Assembly (NCBI GenBank): GCA_037447605.1
Contig: CM074812.1
Coordinates: 248,001-312,000 of the forward strand
Direction of reading: 5' to 3'
DNA length: 64,000 nt
From: Zygnema circumcarinatum SAG 698-1b
Lineage: Eukaryota; Plantae; Zygnematophyceae
Numbering within the stretch: position 1 is the stretch's first letter; every line of letters begins with the position of its first letter. Made by a program: the position numbers and the translations under genes. Below are positions 62,336 to 64,000 of the stretch, piece after piece. The notes under the pieces are model-generated. The model had not been told where the DNA came from, made no database searches, and worked only from the letters and a program-made list of their open reading frames with translations.

Positions 62336-63313
62336 ACCAGCCATCCTTTCCACAATAGCCAAAGTAACCAACAGCAAAAGCCCCAGTAGATCCCTTCCAT
62401 CTACACCAACATGTACCCCTTTCCCTCGGCTTTGTTTCTGGCAGCCAGAGTGGCTGGGAAGGTCTTGGCGCGCCGTGTGCTGGGAACCCGGCCCGTGCGG
62501 CGCCCAAGATATGGGACAATGTCGCGCTGACATGCATGGCATTCTGGCTGTGAATTCACCAAGACATCATTACCCATGACATTGAGGATAAACACGTTCC
62601 ATTGACCATGCATCACCACATCCATAAGCCCAGAAGGAGTCACTACAGTGGCAGGGGAAAGAGAAATGGAAGAAGGAAGTACATCCAACACAAAGAGATC
62701 TTGCACTCCCAAAGGTCTGCCAATCAATTTAGGAATGTCCAAGGTTCTAAGAAACAATAGTCTCCTATCCTTTATGGCAGTTCCATTCCCTCCCCCTAGC
62801 CTAACATGTCCACCAGCAACGACCCCTAAGCTGGTGGTGGGTTGGGGTTTTCCGGCCCCTTGCCCTTCTTGTCCTTGGTGTTGAGAGGGCAATCTCGGGC
62901 CTTGTGCCCCTCCTTGCGGCAGCGGAAACACTTGTTCTCCCGCTGCATCTTCTCCATTTCCTCTGGAGTCAACTTCTGCGGCCTTGCAGTGGCTGGGCGG
63001 GCAGTCGCTTCCGGCTGCTTCCGCTTGTTCNNNNNNNNNNNNNNNNNNNNNNNNNNNNNNNNNNNNNNNNNNNNNNNNNNNNNNNNNNNNNNNNNNNNNN
63101 NNNNNNNNNNNNNNNNNNNNNNNNNNNNNNNNNNNNNNNNNNNNNNNNNNNNNNNNNNNNNNNNNNNNNNNNNNNNNNNNNNNNNNNNNNNNNNNNNNNN
63201 NNNNNNNNNNNNNNNNNNNNNNNNNNNNNNNNNNNNNNNNNNNNNNNNNNNNNNNNNNNNNNNNNNNNNNNNNNNNNNNNNNNNNNNNNNNNNNNNNNNN
63301 NNNNNNNNNNNNN

Positions 63314-63787
63314 ACGCGCACTGATGAGCTGTTGGAGGACTTGGTCAATGTGTTGCAGGTGGGAGGACCAGTCCTTGCTGTGGAGGGAGGCATCATCCAC
63401 GTAAGGTTCGCAGAAGGCACGACAGGGGCCGAACACCTGGTTGGCCAGGCGCTGGTGAGTCTGACTGGAATTCTTGAGCCCGAATGGAAGCACTGTCCAC
63501 TGCACAAAGCGCGTGGCTGTGCGAAGCCCTGTCTTGCAGCGATCGGCCTGCCGCAGGGGGATCTGCCAGAAGGATTTCTGCATGTCAAGTGCCGAGAACC
63601 ACCGGTCATCAGGGGAGACGCCGTGGAGAATCAGGTCCACATCCGGTAATGTGTAGGGATCCCACTTCGTTATTGCATTCAGTTTCCGGTAGTCCCCACA
63701 GAAGCGGAGTGTGCCATCCGGCTTTGGGGGCAGAACGGCCGGGCTGGCCCACGGCCCTTCTCCAGGTTCCATCAATCCGGCAGCCAC
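63314..63787 (-). mobile_element. Gypsy reverse transcriptase fragment of a different family ('F')
   Basis: PWASPAVL.PKPDGTLRFCGDYRKLN...FSALDMQKSFWQI...LPFGLKNS...YVDD; runs into the N gap. Confidence 0.85.
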
Positions 63788-64000
63788 GTTCTCGTCGATC
63801 TGTCATTCGACATCGGCCTGCTGCGCAACGGAAAAGCGGTAGGGAGTCAGGGTCATCACGGGAGGCGCATCCCCCGTATCGATGTGGTGCTCTGTCAGTA
63901 GAATCTATCGATGGATGTTGTGGCGTAGTTGAGGAGAAATGCTTGTCCAGTGCAAGGAAAGGTACAGGCCCCAATAGCATCTGCCCCTCATTTCCAACCA

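Larger units (their letters stand above)
44807..63030 (-). mobile_element. Gypsy element 'E' (outer host of the nest), in fragments: RT 44807-44979, RT N-terminus/linker 47523-48554, protease/gag end ~62340-63030
   Basis: [20 protein letters not shown]...YLDDILV at 44807-44940. The fragments are collinear with element D (52140-53900), and the sequence resumes after each insertion. Confidence 0.7.

Noticed and set aside
44807-62400. Frameshifts and LTR-LTR divergence as evidence of old, decayed elements
   Set aside because: The dense indel pattern alternating with clean blocks resembles uncorrected long-read gap filling, so ages cannot be inferred.

Overview
Eukaryotic, intron-rich green-plant DNA (probably a streptophyte alga or bryophyte; inferred from the plant-type tRNA-Phe, DUF2985/PLAC8 gene and plant-type LRRs). 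Four host genes are reconstructable. (1) A + strand secreted LRR / EGF-like / Pro-rich receptor-like gene (3684 to ~23270) has ten consecutive 72-nt one-LRR exons separated by mostly homologous introns. Its exon 2 is split by a 13.2-kb nested Copia complex (4035-17213, TSD CTCAC). (2) An intronless DUF2985-PLAC8 gene (-). (3) A 19-exon RRP12 gene (-) flanked by two identical, convergent tRNA-Phe(GAA) genes. (4) An intronless F-box gene (-). From ~44.8 kb to the end lies a nest of minus-strand Copia and Gypsy (chromovirus) elements. The window also holds a 157-bp MITE, solo-LTR-like insertions, a hairpin array at 1.5-1.9 kb and many GA/CT tracts. Caveat: there are several 10-N gaps plus a gap at ~63031-63313. 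Several TE stretches (e.g. ~7255-7700, 9230-9450, 9940-10130, 12515-12960 and most of 44.8-62.4 kb) are indel-rich like uncorrected long reads, so frameshifts there are not evidence of biological decay. All comparisons were made by eye.
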